Assembly: GCF_006345805.1 (NCBI RefSeq)
Contig: NC_042999.1
Coordinates: forward strand, 51,956,001-52,020,000
Source: Octopus sinensis
Taxonomy: Eukaryota
Reading direction: 5' to 3'
DNA length: 64,000 nucleotides
Shown: positions 1 through 14,775 of the stretch, one piece after another
Layout of the letters: the number at the start of each line of letters is the position of its first letter
Position numbering within the stretch: position 1 is the first letter of the stretch
Translations under genes and position numbers: made by a program
Notes under the pieces: model-generated
What the model was told of the DNA's origin: nothing
Database searches by the model: none
What the model saw: only the letters and a program-made list of their open reading frames with translations

Positions 1-1415
1 TACTATACTTTGAAAGTACTTTCTTAAAAGTCGTTGGTGGGGGAGGACAAAACATACATTATTGTAGAGATAGTAGCAACATTCTTAGTATACAACATGT
101 TGGGATGTTGTCGGCACGAACGTCTTCGATATGTTTAGGATTACAGTTGACCTAGGCTAAACAATCCCAATCGCAACACCCCCACCACTTGTCACTCCTA
201 CCACTACCATTAGCAATACTTGCAAAACTGCATTCCGTTTATTTTGAGAATCCGGGAGGAGATCCGTGGCATTCTTCAAAAGGTTGAATGATTTCCCAGA
301 ATGCTCATATCTACATTACATTCTTAGACAAGATCTTCACTTATGTTTACATATATGGATATGTTTTTTTTTCAAAATTTCAATTATTTTTTGTAAGGCT
401 TCATAAAATGAAATATAAATGTGGAATATTAAAAGGGAAGTATAAATGCTATGTGGAAGAGATAATATATTTTAATTTTTATTTTCTTATAAGTGAAAAT
501 GTTTTAATTTTAGAGAAACAAAAAGAATACTGGATTCAGAGGGAATCACTCATATGACCTTCTGAGACCCAGCAGCTATGAGGATTAAAATAACTCAACG
601 GATTAAAGAAATCACAAAATTTCCAGGGATTGGATTGGCAGTATTAAATCTGTCAGACGCCACAAAGAAGTTTTAAGCATTTCATTTTAACCAACGCCTT
701 CTTTAAGAATAAATTCCTCTACAAATCCCTATTTAGAGATCATGTTTTCTGTCGGATCTTCTCAATATCCAAAGGTCCCAGATTTCCTAGGCATCAAGGA
801 AATATGTCAGCCGTGTATAATAAAATTACAATATAGAATTAAACACGAAAATTACTCAGAAATTCATTTGCATATTATTAGCTGTACTTATCAATATTTC
901 TGCCACGAATTCAATTGATCTGTTGAAGAAAACAACGGTTAATGGAAAAACTTGGCTGGGAAAACGCTGCTAGAGATGATTAGAGAAGGGCTTTAGTGAC
1001 GATCGACTGGGTTCGAATCCAGATTTTAGCATGGAGAATAGTTTCTCTCATATCGAGGATTATGCAGGATTTCTAAAAAATCTTTATTTTGCCTGTACTG
1101 TTCCCAATATATACCGGTAGGAAATTCCTGGTACAGATTTCGTTAGAGTGCTTTGAAATAGATCCAAGGCTCCACATCTTAAGATTTTATTCATGTTTTC
1201 CAAAGGAAGAATTATTTAGACAACTGCCATCTCTCACTAGCATTATCTTCATATCTGTATGTTGGCATATCTGTGTTACGCGACAAAACATTTTGAGTAA
1301 AAAGTGTTCCCGGTGTTTCCAAATATATAGTTGGGTTTTTGTGTTGGTTGAACTGTCGATGCCTTCAACCACAACAAAGTATGTGCGTTTATTCACCTAA
1401 AGAATCTCAGATGGT

Positions 1416-1553
1416 GGTATATTTGTCTGTCTTGTTTATCAGGTATTTCGTTGCTATATCCTATTTATGAAGAGCAGAGACATGTCCTTCTAGGTGGGAG
1501 GTAATGCATCTATCATAGGCCTGGGAGAGGTTACTTTTTCTGTCACAGTATGT
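1416..1553. repeat. 138-bp interspersed repeat, copy 1 (copy 2 at 5507-5644)
   Basis: Near-identical 138-bp segment GGTATATTTGTCTGTC...CTGTCACAGTATGT at both positions; this copy abuts the 5' end of the PLE remnant. Confidence 0.85.
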
Positions 1554-1559
1554 CAGTAT

Positions 1560-2720
1560 ATATGCTTTTTCACTAAAAGGAATAGAAATGAATTATTTGA
1601 TGTCATTATGGGAAGCCATGGTGGAGTAGATGTAGCGGATCTGGTTGGTCCCTACATTCAGCATATCGTTAACAATGAAATAAAAGCTACCAGCATATAC
1701 AGGGACGACAGTGTAGCAGTAGTATGTAATATTGGTAGCGATATGGATTATATAAGAAAAAATATGCATAATATTTAGTAAACACAATTAGTAAAATACT
1801 ACAATATTTAGTAAAAAAAACTACATATTGTACTAATTTAATCAGTTAGTCTCCTCCATATTAATATGCTTCCTACTTAGTATAGTACTCTCCATAAACC
1901 AAGAATATCTAGTAGAAATCCTAACCATTCACAGTGGCCAATAATCAAATAATTAGTTAATAGCATTAATAAGTTTGTTTCCAGCATATCTTCTGGATGA
2001 AGTAATTTTCAAAAAGACAGACATATATTACAACGTCGCATTAGAAAATCTAACTTTAAGAACAATATTAGCTACATCGAACAAAACGTAACAAAGTCAA
2101 AAGGATGTTGACATAAGAAAATATTATGGCATATTAGTCCATGCAGCATGAATATGGCTAAAATTATGTGGCTAGAAAATCTCTGAAACCCACTGCTATT
2201 TCTCACATAAATATAACACGATCTTCAATAAGAATAAGTTAAAATTTAGCAATAGTTGCTCCCCAAGATAGTGTCTATGATTTTCACTCGCAATAAGAAT
2301 AATAAATTTAGCAACACCCACCATAAACCTTATAACTGTACATATTCCGATAACAAAGCTTTGAACAAAATGTGATTTGAAAAAGAACAAGGCTAATATC
2401 ACTGACTTGGGACGAGATCATAAAAGAATTAGAGTAGAATGACTGGAAATACTTTCAAGGAAAGGTACACGCCACAATAAACATCATTGAGCGATAAGGA
2501 CAAAAGATATACAATATCTTTATCCGATATTTTATAAATATAGACATGTAAACAAATACCCTATAAGCTGGAGAAACACAGCTAAGAGCAGGGGACGATG
2601 TAGCAGGTGCAACCTCTGTATCAGAGAAATTCAACATAGTAACATCAACAGTGAATATTGTGAACTTTAAGGATGAAACAGTTTTCTCTTGCATGTACAT
2701 ACAACTACTTAACTACAAAA
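1560..2720 (+). mobile_element. Decayed Penelope-like element (RT C-terminal half plus GIY-YIG endonuclease)
   Basis: Frameshifted motifs in the expected order: LFDVIMGSHGGVDVADLVG and IYRDDS (PLE RT), RKILW, HKYNTIFNKNKLKFSNSC, MTGNTFKERY..TSL, RCNLC.SEK. These match recalled PLE consensus FDVTMGS.DGAE.CELVG / YRDD / IFNRNTVKVSYSC / YIG.T...FKERY / CNLCL.EK. Confidence 0.85.
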
Positions 2721-3192
2721 TTTCCAACGTCACTTCTCTTCCACTCTGCCACCAGGATAAATTCTGGACATAGATTATATTTACAATATGCATAATAGAC
2801 AAATACTCCCAGGGATTCATGGTAGAATTCTAAATTGCACAGGTAACGTATACATGACATATATTCAAGATATCTGATTCTGATAATATATATGTATATG
2901 AATTTGCAAATATACTTTTATGAACTAACAACAGCATAGCATAATTTGCATTCAAAATCCGTGGAAATCACATAAATGATTAGATACACGTACATCAGCA
3001 AAATGCACGTTAGATACATGGATTTATAAATATGGGCATAGGTAAACTTTCTCGTATAATGTAATTAATGTATGCTAAAATGTGAGGGAAGAAAAGTATA
3101 AAAGAAAAGTAAAGGAAATTGTAAAGTGAAATGTTAAGAAGATAGTGAGTTCGTGAAAGAGAGAGGAAAAATAAGACGTCGACACACACACA

Positions 3193-3284
<92 letters not shown>

Positions 3285-3307
3285 CTAGCAGGCCTTACTA
3301 CTCTAGA

Positions 3308-3341
3308 CTGATGACGGGCAAGACCCAGAAACATGCATGTT
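3308..3341 (+). ncRNA. Degenerate type-I hammerhead ribozyme motif (helix I decayed)
   Basis: CTGATGA-c-GGG-caaga-CCC-a-GAAA-CATGCATG-TT with palindromic helix III ACATGCATGT; same strand as, and downstream of, the PLE remnant. Confidence 0.5.
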
Positions 3342-3525
3342 ATATATGATATATGATATATGATATATGATGTATCAAAACATGTAATATACGAATCTGT
3401 AAATATAAATATAAAACCATCCGAATTTCTGAGTACCTCATTTCTTCTAATATTAAAATACCTGTACATCATCTCCAAACCTTCTAATATATATATTCTA
3501 AAATATTTAACCAGTACTCCATCAT

Positions 3526-3826
3526 TTACGACGGCGTGAGTTCGAGTTGATCCGATGAATGGAACAGCAGCCTGCAGGTGAAATTAACTTGCACGTGGTT
3601 GAGCACTTCACAGACACATGTACCCTTAGCGTAGTTCTTAGGGAGATTCAGGGTGACACAAAGTGGGACAGGGCTGGCCTTTTGAATTACAGGAACAACT
3701 TATTCTTACCAGTTGAGTGGATTGGAATAACGTGAAATGAAGTGATTTGCTCAAGGACACAACGCTCCGCCGGGAATCGAATTCACGATTGTGATCCGAA
3801 CACCCGAACCACCAAACCGCGTGCTT
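3526..3826 (-). mobile_element. tRNA-derived SINE (family C type head)
   Basis: Head and core similar to 56538-56849 and 58489-58785 (ACGTGAAAT.AAGTG..TTGC motif; B-box-like GAATCGAA on the plus strand). Confidence 0.65.
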
Positions 3827-4180
3827 TTACTCTAGAATATTTACTTTGATACTGAATAACAACTGGACGAAAGAGAAAGCGTTATCTCAGGTAAAACAAG
3901 AGATGGCATGCAATAGTGTTTTGACTGCAGCTGTATTACTTAGTAAACAGAGACAGATGCATTATTGAGTCTCAGATTTATGGCAGAATATTCTGGTCAA
4001 TTATTTCCTTATCGTCATTATGTCTGCAACATTATTTAGAATTATGGATAGTTGAAATACATCTGATAACATCACTATATTCTCCATACATCTGCATTTC
4101 AAAGGAAATATATCAACGAAGCAAACATAATGAGACACTATAAAGTCATAGAGGAATCTCTCCTTATATACATACATACG

Positions 4181-4436
<256 letters not shown>

Positions 4437-4766
4437 CCCTTTTATATGTGACACAGCTTCAGGGACACTAGATGCTCTTACTAAACAGAGTTGTCAGCAG
4501 CAAGTGAAAAGTATATTCTAGAATTATAATAATTACATTGTAAGGTGAAATGCTGCTAAAAATTACTGGTAGATCGAATTTAAAGTAGATCTTTAGAAAT
4601 ATGGAAAAATACAACTAAGGATAAGCAAAAAAAAAAAAAAAAAGAAAAAGAAAAAGGAAATATTGTTAAAGAAGCGAAGAAATAATCCTGGGTAGAGTTT
4701 ATTAGATTTTTGTTTAATTTCAGCAGCAAACATCAGGGAATGATTGAGACGAGAAAGATCACTTTC

Positions 4767-4802
<36 letters not shown>

Positions 4803-4844
4803 TCCTTCTTTCTTTCTCGTTATATTTCTCTCTCTCTGGCTTTA

Positions 4845-4895
<51 letters not shown>

Positions 4896-5330
4896 CTTCA
4901 TATTCCCTCTTTTTCTCTCGTTCTCCCGCTTTATCTCTATCTCTGTCTCACTCTCACTTTATACCACACTCTCTCTCTCGTTCTCTTGCTTGAAACATAC
5001 CGCTCTCTCCCGTTATTTATCTCTCATTCTCTCGTTCTCTCACTTAATATCTCTCTCTCTCTCACTTTATATCACACTCTCTCTCATTCTCTCAATCTTT
5101 CTCGGGGAGTAGGTGACATTTTTCAAATGGTTCAACATTTCCTTTCGGTTACATACACACAGCTTTATATATTTACATGTGCACACACAAGTACATTGTA
5201 CATACTCACACATATGACTTCCATACATGTATGCATAACGATATTAAACATGAATTTATACATGTGGAAATGCGTGCTACTATGTGCTACATACACTTAT
5301 ATACCGGCAAGTGTAGTGTGTATGCGTAAA

Positions 5331-5368
<38 letters not shown>

Positions 5369-5506
5369 CTTTATGCATACAAACTACACATATATAGATA
5401 AATTTTTGCCCGTATATAAGTGTATGTAGTACATACACTTATGATGATGACGGTGATATCTTCCATAGCATTATAGGATAACCAGCATTTTCTATAACAG
5501 CGTGGA

Positions 5507-5644
5507 GGTATATTTGTCTGTCTTGTTTATCAGGTATTACGTTGCTATATCCTATTTATGAAGAGCAGGGACATGTCCTTCTAGGTGGGAGGTAATGCAT
5601 CTATCAGAGGCCTGGGAGAGGTTACTTTTCCTGTCACAGTATGT
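5507..5644. repeat. 138-bp interspersed repeat, copy 2
   Basis: Matches 1416-1553 with few substitutions; ends in an AT microsatellite. Confidence 0.85.
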
Positions 5645-6180
5645 ATATATATATATGGTAAATCCCAAAAAGATGAACAAGCAAAAAAACAACAATGCGA
5701 GGACGTGGTACATGTAAAGTATAAGCAGATGCTCACACACACAGGCACACACATACTCACATACACACATACACACACATACACTCACATACACACACAG
5801 ACACACACAGACACAGACGCACGTATATCTACACATATGTACCTGTGCATGTGCGTTTATTTGTATATATGTATGTGTGTATAACACCAAGCCACAAATT
5901 GTCTTCTATGTTTAATAAAGTTGTTTGCATAAATTACACACAATCGTGCTTAACAATATTCAACCAATCCATCATAATTTGTCTGATGCACATACACACG
6001 CACGCGCACACACACACAGAAATACACACGCACACGCACAAACACACACATACATAAATGTGTAATGTGCATAATAATATGCTTAAACATACACAGTAGA
6101 TATACCTTCAGACAGAGGCATAAGAACAGTAACAGGAAACAAACGCCAAATACAATTTCACACATACGCACATCTATCTT

Positions 6181-6215
<35 letters not shown>

Positions 6216-6287
6216 GTGTATGTATGTATGTACGTATGTATATATATATATATGTATGTGTATGTATGTATGCATGTATGTATGTAT

Positions 6288-6344
<57 letters not shown>

Positions 6345-6652
6345 TATATAAATATATGAGGTTATAAGAGATAATGGTGTCATTGAGACCCAAAGATATC
6401 AGGTAATGCTGAATAAGTGCTATAGACAGACCATAGTTAACTTCCAGATTCGGTAATATTGCGAATAAAGTGTTCAACGTTGGTTCTATGTCAGCGTGTG
6501 TATCTAAGAATCTTTTGCGTAATGAGATAAAAAGAACCAAAGGTGTATAGATATTAGAGCATTTATAGATAGAAGGTCTTACAGCTAATGTCTTAATGCT
6601 CTAATATCCATACAGCCTTGTTTTTTTTAAAATCTCTGCGCAAAAAATTCTT

Positions 6653-6712
<60 letters not shown>

Positions 6713-7230
6713 ACATCCAGGAATCGAGATGTAGGAAGAAAGTTAGCTTCAAGCAATCCATGGTAAATAAAAAAAAAAACTACTTTCAGGGACAATACGG
6801 GTTTATTGAGACGGAAATTTGCAGAATGTTTTCGTAACGTTGTACGTTAAACAGATAAAAAGTTCCTTTTGCATTTCACGGTGCGAGTAAGAATACAAGA
6901 GTTAAGGAATGGATGTAGATGAATCCGGGCTACATAAGCTCCATAGCGAGTGGAACTTCAGAAGTGGTAAATATCCAACCGAGATGTATACTACAGGCTA
7001 CTCTTCAAGCCAAGGATATCTTGATTAACTGAAAATTTACAAGGTCGCAATGCAGTGCATGTTAAAACATGGAAGATTTAATTAGAATGTGTAGAAAACG
7101 CAGAAGAGGAGAATATAAATGTTGAGAGAAATAAGGATTAAGAGGAGGAAAATGAAAAAAAAAAAAAAACGATATAAGGGAGTGAGAGGAAGGAAGAATT
7201 TAAGCATGGTCATTTGACCGGTAGTATTCA

Positions 7231-7448
7231 GGCGGCGAGCTGGTACAATCGTTAGCACGCCGGCTGAAATGCTTAGCAGTATTTCGTGTGCGGTTACGTT
7301 CTGAGTTCAAATTCCGCCGAGGTCGACTTTGCCTTTCATCCTTTCGGGGTCGATTAAATAAATACCAGTCACGCACTGAGGTCAATATAATCGACTTAAT
7401 CCGTTTGTCCCCCCTGTGTTTAGCTCCTTGTGGGTAGTAAAGAAATAG
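7231..7448 (+). mobile_element. tRNA-derived SINE, family A (Nin/Deu-like core)
   Basis: GGCGGCGAGCTGG head, B box GAGTTCAAATTCC, core GTCGACTTTGCCTTTCATCCTTTCGGGGTCGAT..TACCAG; at least 6 further copies in the window. Confidence 0.85.
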
Positions 7449-7599
7449 TATTCAGTGGGACTGTTTTGGCCGAATCACAGAAATTAGCAAGGGGAGAGGT
7501 ATTTGAAAAAAAAAAATAACACGGAGAGAAGAAGGTGGGGAAGAATCGTGGCGGCTACTACTGGATTTCAATTGTGTAATGTATATTATGTGCGGTCAG

Positions 7600-8160
7600 T
7601 TTATGAAGTAGAAGAGGTGTATGTTGGCGTATATACATGTATGTTTGCTGGTAAAAATTATATTGCTGCGTTCATTAATATAATCTATGCATTGCAAAAT
7701 ATCTAAGACATCGGCTATGCAGAGATCACACTTGTTATTATGGGTTGTTGTATGTCTTGGCGTGGGTAACTGCGGACCACTTACGAGTGTAAGGCGTTGA
7801 ATCAATCTTTAATGATAAGTTGAGATAACGAAGTACTGTTGGATTTTGCTTGGGACTTGAAACTAGACTTGTGGTTGCTTACTCTAGCTTTGAAGGTGGT
7901 GCTACATGAGCCGATATATATGTGGTTACAGTTGGTAGTTGGAACTGTACACTTAGATATGATGGTTTTTGTGAGATAACGGTTATCTAAAGAACAGGAA
8001 GTTGGGTGTCTGAAGAAGCATAGGCTTGTAGGGGATGTTTCGGATGAACCTGTGAGGGGATTGCTATTTAGTGAGGAACCGGGGTTAGGTTTGTTATTAC
8101 TGCTGGCGTTAAGACTAATATTTGTTAAGGAGTTGAGGGTGGTGTTGTGGGGTTAAATGA
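7600..8160 (-). mobile_element. Penelope-like element GIY-YIG endonuclease remnant
   Basis: Minus-strand translation CFFRHPTSCSLDNRYLTKTIISKCTV..HIYIGSCSTTFKARVSNHKSSFK..STSLSQLI..KCDLCIADVL..INERS; YIG codons at 7910-7918. Confidence 0.8.
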
Positions 8161-9157
8161 TATGTTAATTATTGTGCTCGGTGGTTAAAATTCCATTTAT
8201 TTATCCGTGCAGCTGATGATAGCATTGCTCAATTAAAGGGAACTGCTTGAGATGATCGTACTGCATCGCTACATTATAACGTGTTGCTTATTTTGATTTT
8301 ATCCGCCTTACTTCAAGCTGTAGCAACACAATCCCCTTATACGTAAACCAATGAAGTTGTAGACTCAGTGTAGTGTGTGTGTGTGTGTTTGTGTGTGTGT
8401 GTATGTGTGTCTGTGTGTCTGTGTGCGTGTGCGTGTGGTTGCAGCGCTATTACAGATGTATAAATGCCGCACCTATGTGAGTCTAGAATTCTTGTAATAT
8501 TCTTGTCGCATACGAAGTTGATTTATGCAAATGTAGGAAGTATATGTTATGTTGTTGTTTAGTCCTGTCTCAGCTGTGTTGGAGCAGAGCTATGAATCAA
8601 ATATAACCAGGGAATACAGCATCGCTTTATCTAGCGGTGTTTACTTGTTGAAAACGGCAGTCGTAACGTGAAGAGAGGCGGCTACATAGAGTTTCTTTGA
8701 CTGGTGATAAGAACGGGTGTCGGTCCATGTATGTAATTGCTATATTATCGACTGAAATTGTCACATAAATCCAATAGTGGTGTATTTGTATTGCATTTCA
8801 AAATATGTGTTGAGGAAATCAGAATAATTATTAGTTTCTTTTTCTTTTTCATCCGTTTCTCAATGAATTCTTGAAAGTACAACATTTCAAATATATTTCT
8901 ATTGACATCTATATTCTATAAGTCTGCAACAGAAATATGCCAGCCTTTTGTTAACATTTAATTTACTTTGGCAGCTCATTTTTGCCACATGATTTATTGC
9001 TTTTTTTTCATCGTATTAAAACTGACTCTTTGTAAGTTAACTTTTTTTTTATTTTATTTCCACATTTTACAGACTAAATTGATGTTTTAGCGTACACAAT
9101 TACTCTTATAATTTACGGCGCAAGCACAGATCACCACAGAATGTATATATATATATA

Positions 9158-9256
<99 letters not shown>

Positions 9257-9330
9257 GCATACATGCATAAATATATGCTTATATATATATATGTACGTGA
9301 GTGTGTTATACTATGTATATATCTCTCCTA

Positions 9331-9376
<46 letters not shown>

Positions 9377-9380
9377 CATA

Positions 9381-9455
<75 letters not shown>

Positions 9456-10359
9456 ATACAGCCACCAATGTTAAATCTCTGAGCGAGAAGTAAACAGTAA
9501 ACAGTAGCATGAATCATGAAATACATTTGCCAACTAAATGTGACGGTCCCATAGAGGACGATGCTACTGTTGGCTTTACCCTAGAAGGAATCTCCTCCAC
9601 CTGGCTAACGATGCACTGTTGCGAAGGGGAATCATCGTTTCTATCACTAACCGTACGTGATGCACACAAACCCGAGATTCTGGGTAGTAACCCCTCATGA
9701 CGGGTTATATATATATAGTGAATATGAATGCCATGGCACCCGGACGTGTTTTCATTGCTCTGTTTAGTAAGTAGTTAAGGAAACAGAAAACATATCAATT
9801 CAAACATCTCTAAATTTTAATTCCTAATTCTTGCGAAAGCTGCGATAAGAAATCAACAGAAGATTAATTGTGACTCCATACTGCTTGCAATAACCTGTGG
9901 AAAAAGAAATAATTTTTCGTGAGTACAGTATACATTTCTCCGGTGATTCTATTGAATATATACGCACGTACACATGCATCCTGCGATTTTATTAAATTCA
10001 TAGAGCACTCAGAATTTACACACAGATTTTTCACTTCACACTCATATATCTCTACTGAAAACTCTCCCTTTATAACTAACGGGCACATATACAAGACTAT
10101 ACGTATCAAACTATCACAGAATTTCGCAAAACTCAAACACCTTTCACTTTCGAACTACAAATTTCTTCATCAAAGCAAAAAGTCCTGCATTATCATATGC
10201 ATATCATACACATATTTTATTCTTCAAGCATCTGTAAATTTTTATCTACACTAAATCTTCATTATTGTAGCATACGTTTATACACAACTAAACACTAACG
10301 CAAAAAGTAAATCAATAATACACAAACAAATATATTAAAAATAACACAAACTCTAAGAT

Positions 10360-13205
10360 GACCACTCAACAAGAAAAATCTAAAAAAGAATTGGTTTGAG
10401 AATGAAATACACCTTCTGATAAATTCAGTCTTTCCCAAACGGAGAACAAAGACACATCATGCCGTGACCTAATAGCCAGACGCACACTTCACCTTTTCAG
10501 AAATCGCTCCGAGAAGCAAATTCAATACAAACTTAAAACAAATTGAAATGGCATTTAAATTAATTAATAGACATTTTGTAAAACTCCAACGTGTTTTTTT
10601 TTCAAATACTGCTCAACACCTACAACAACAACCACCACCACGGCAACAACAACAGCCACCACAGAAACAACAACAAGCATCACAGCAACAAGAAGGACCA
10701 CCTCAGCAAAAATTAACAACAATCACCATAACAACAAAAATAACAACAACAACAACAACAACAACAACAATCACATCAGGAACAACTGACCCAGCCTCAA
10801 CCTTTAACACTCCTTAATTCAATCACAACTGATGACCTACATAATGAAACGGTCAACTTCTCAGATTCCAGCTGTTCACAGCCCATTCAACCAGAGCTTG
10901 TTACCCACCCACCAAATCTTCAACAGCAGCAGCAATTTCAGAAACAAGTACCACAACAACATCAACAATTACAGCTACAACAACCATCTCAAAAACAGCA
11001 ACTGACACAGCTTCAACATATTACCAGCCCATTTTGTGATCAACCAAATGCTTACTTGAAAACCCCTTAATGAATTTGCCAAACACAAATGTACACAAAT
11101 TAAAATCTATGCCTCTCACAGCCTACTCACAAAACCCTAAAATATGCCGCTTTTCACTGCGCAAGAGGCTGTGCACCGACACTGATTTCAAATTCACTCA
11201 TTTACCAGGGACTAGACGTTCAATTTCTACTCAGAACAGTCGCTACCATCAAAGTGCACAATCTAAAACAACACCACCACCACCACCACTGCCATCACCC
11301 TCACCCAATACTAAATCAAAGTTGAAAAAAAAAACCACTCATGTTACACGGAACCCTAGAGTCTGCCGTTATTCCCAGCGTAACAGATTATGTCTACAGC
11401 ATAATTGTCCATTTACCCATCTCCCGGGGACTCGTCACACAAATAAAAATATAAACGGGATCCCTAACTAATACAAAACCCACAACCACAAACATTTCCA
11501 GTTCTCCAAACAGAAATCTTTTTTAGCTATAATGAACCTGGCAAAAGAGCTACAAAAGAACATTCTAGTCATCACACAAGGCCATTCACCACCACCACTC
11601 TATCGCACAAACTCCCATTGCTGCTATTAACAAGCAAATCACCAAAACAATCAAAACCAGTTACCACTATTGCCTCAACTTTTTCTCAATGCACAAGGCA
11701 TCAGCCCTTCCACCAATGCTCCAAAATGGAAGATCCAATTTATTGAGGACTGAGTTAATGACCATCCACACCATATCCCTTTCCTTGTCCCCACAGACAC
11801 CCATCTCAATAGCCTCCACTTGGAAGCTGAGGTGAGAGAGAAGAATTTTACAGCCATCCACGCAGATCGTGTCGGCAGAAGAAAGGGTGGGACCGCCATT
11901 TTCATGCATGATTCTTTTTCGGCTGAAGCAATGGACGTGTTTACCAATGGCTACTGTGAAGCAGCTTCTGTGTTTAGTAAAACCGACAATTTAATAATAG
12001 TTGGCCTCCACAGGCCACCCCTGTCTCCTTTTGTACGCTTCAAGGTATGCCTCAACAGTATTAAGTGTTTCATCCATCAGTGTCATGCTGACAACATATA
12101 CATGATGGGGGACTTCAACCTTCCCAGTGTTGATTGGTCCACAAACAGCTTGAAACTAAGTTTTTCCACCTCAACGCTTAATAAGGAAACAACCGAATTG
12201 ACTTTTGATTTTATGGATGAGTTTTTCTTGACCCAACTTGTTCTCGAACCAATAAGGTGTCACAAAAACACCTGGGACCTCGTGATCAGTAACCACACTG
12301 ACACTATCCTCAATATTGCAGTGGAAAAAACATCACTACTCTCAGACCATGACATGGTTCTCTGCGATCTGAGATTCTACCACCCAAAGATCAATTCCAG
12401 TGACATTTCTTCACTCTATCCATTTGACACTATGGATCTTCATAACGCAGACTGGGATGCTATCAATCATGATCTTTCACAAGTTGATTGGGCCTTCACG
12501 CACGCACCCCACCCCAACTAACATAAACACATCATGACAGACATTTTGTAGATACTGTAACAAATATATACGCAAAACATACTCCATTAAGATCAGTATA
12601 CAAATCTAAGTGCAGAATCCCTAGAAATAGAAGAGCAATTATCAGAAAAATAAAAAGAATTAACAAAAAAATCAACCAGCTTAAATACTGCCAGCAACGA
12701 TGCACCCATTTGACTGCTATTGCATCACTCGAATCGAAAAAGCACAACCGCCAAAAAAAGCATGATGATCATCATTAACAGTCAAAGAGCAACTGAGGAG
12801 AATTGGGCCATTGAGAAAATAAAACTCAATCCCAAAGTGTTCTTTTCATTTGCAAAAAATCATAAAGACGCTGTTTCCACTGTTGATCCTCTGATTGCTG
12901 CGAACAACACTCTACATGATGATGTAAAATCCATGTGCGAGATACTGCAGAGACAATACTGCTCTGTCTTCAGTAGCCCTAATGTGGTTGATCTAGCTAG
13001 TATCAGTAATGTAAACCCTCAACTAACGATATCTGACATAAGTTTTGGTGCTCCTGATATCCTAACAGAAATAGATAAGATCAAGCAGAACTTGACAGTA
13101 GGTCCCGGTAAGTTCCCCACCACTGTTCTGCAGATGTGTCGACATCAAATTGTACCCCCTCTAGCTGAGCTCTGGAGAAACTCACTTGATGCAGGCTACA
13201 TTCCC
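10360..13205 (+). mobile_element. CR1/L2-like LINE, 5' part: ORF1 with tandem CCCH-like fingers and ORF2 apurinic endonuclease; RT missing
   Basis: ORF2 frame from about 11688: FLNAQGI..TDTHL..ADRVGRRKGGTAIF..GLHRPP..MGDFNLPSVDW..DLVISN..SDHDMV, then NPKVFFSFAK..YCSVFS..GP..FP..VL..SLDAGYIPD. In-frame stop at 11751 and frameshifts. Confidence 0.85.
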
Positions 13206-13650
13206 GATCATTACTATCGTAGACCAACTTCTCGCCTTAACCCTAATACGATATGTAGTTGCATTAACCCTGCTACACATCACAACACCCTTAGAATCTA
13301 AATTCTTAGTGATATAGACATCCGACGTCATGTAAAAACTGCTAATCCATCACATGACAACGTTGGCATTACCACTGACACGTTTAAGTTACGGTATAAT
13401 GATCGTCTTCACATTAACACCAATTGAATAAATATAAATAAAACATGGTTATTCGGTTTTATGAGGGGTTTAACGAAACAAGATTTCTGCTTCTGAGACA
13501 AAATTCTATCGTTCACCAGATCTTTACAATATCCCGACTTTCAACAGTTTTACCGAAAAAGGGTTTTCTTTCACGGCCATAACAGGAGTAACCCAAATAT
13601 TACGATGACGACAACAACAACAACACAAAAGACTACTACTACTACTACTA

Positions 13651-13682
<32 letters not shown>

Positions 13683-14329
13683 TTTTATCGACTTCCATTT
13701 ATAGTACGTAAAAACCTATACTATAAGCACACGTCACACGCCAGTCTATATCACAATGGCTCCTATATTATTGCCCTTACTTGTTCGTTTTCTACCTCTC
13801 TACCTCACAAGCCGTTCCTCAACTTCTGCATCTCGTCTCTCTGCTAACACTCAATCCCATTGCTATTCACTCATTTATTAATCATCACAAAGAATAACTT
13901 TCCATTTCCTGGTTGCAACAAACAATTTATTAATATTTTATACACATAGCTCCTTTTACAAACAGACCTCCCCCCCCGCCACTCATCTAAACCAATGTAA
14001 TGTTCCAAAACATTTAACCAGTATTTATTATTTACTTATCTTTCTCATCTTTCGTCTTTGCTAAACTCAACCATTTCCAACGAAACCATTCCAATCTCTT
14101 CTACAACCAAGATTTTTCCCTCAAGCTGATTCTCCAGTAATTTCAATCTTGACTTTTAGTTCTGTTGCTTTTTGATTAAGCATTGACATGAAAGAAAAAC
14201 TTTCTCCGTTCTGAACCTCTATTAATAATACATGCACAAAGACATGCGCGCACGCATGAGCACAATACTCAAACTCATCTATAGATACATATACACGCAT
14301 GTAAATACATATACGTATAAATATGCATG

Positions 14330-14335
14330 TATATA

Positions 14336-14383
<48 letters not shown>

Positions 14384-14389
14384 CATACC

Positions 14390-14435
<46 letters not shown>

Positions 14436-14601
14436 ATACATACATACATATATATGTATATATATATACATATATATATACAATATATATGTATATATAT
14501 GTATATATATATATGTATACATATATATATTATATGTATGTATTTGTATATATATTGTATATATATATGTATGTATGTATATATATATGTATATATATAT
14601 A

Positions 14602-14658
<57 letters not shown>

Positions 14659-14714
14659 ATATATATATATATCTGTATATATATATATATCTATCTGTAT
14701 AATATATATATAAT

Positions 14715-14749
<35 letters not shown>

Positions 14750-14775
14750 CTGTATAATATATAAAATATTATATA
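14330..14775. repeat. Imperfect (AT)n microsatellite block
   Basis: About 450 bp of AT-dinucleotide-dominated sequence. Confidence 0.9.

Noticed and set aside
288-1400. ORFs at 288-557, 1089-1400 and 1187-1396 as a 5' extension of the PLE or as a gene
   Set aside because: No convincing motif; similarity to PLE RT is too weak to claim.
8209-8246. GCAG-CTGATGA-..-CTGC hammerhead-like stretch
   Set aside because: It has helix I and the core but no GAAA or helix III.
10829-10856. CTGATGA...GAAACGGTC
   Set aside because: No helix I or II pairing; lies in LINE ORF1-like sequence; likely chance.
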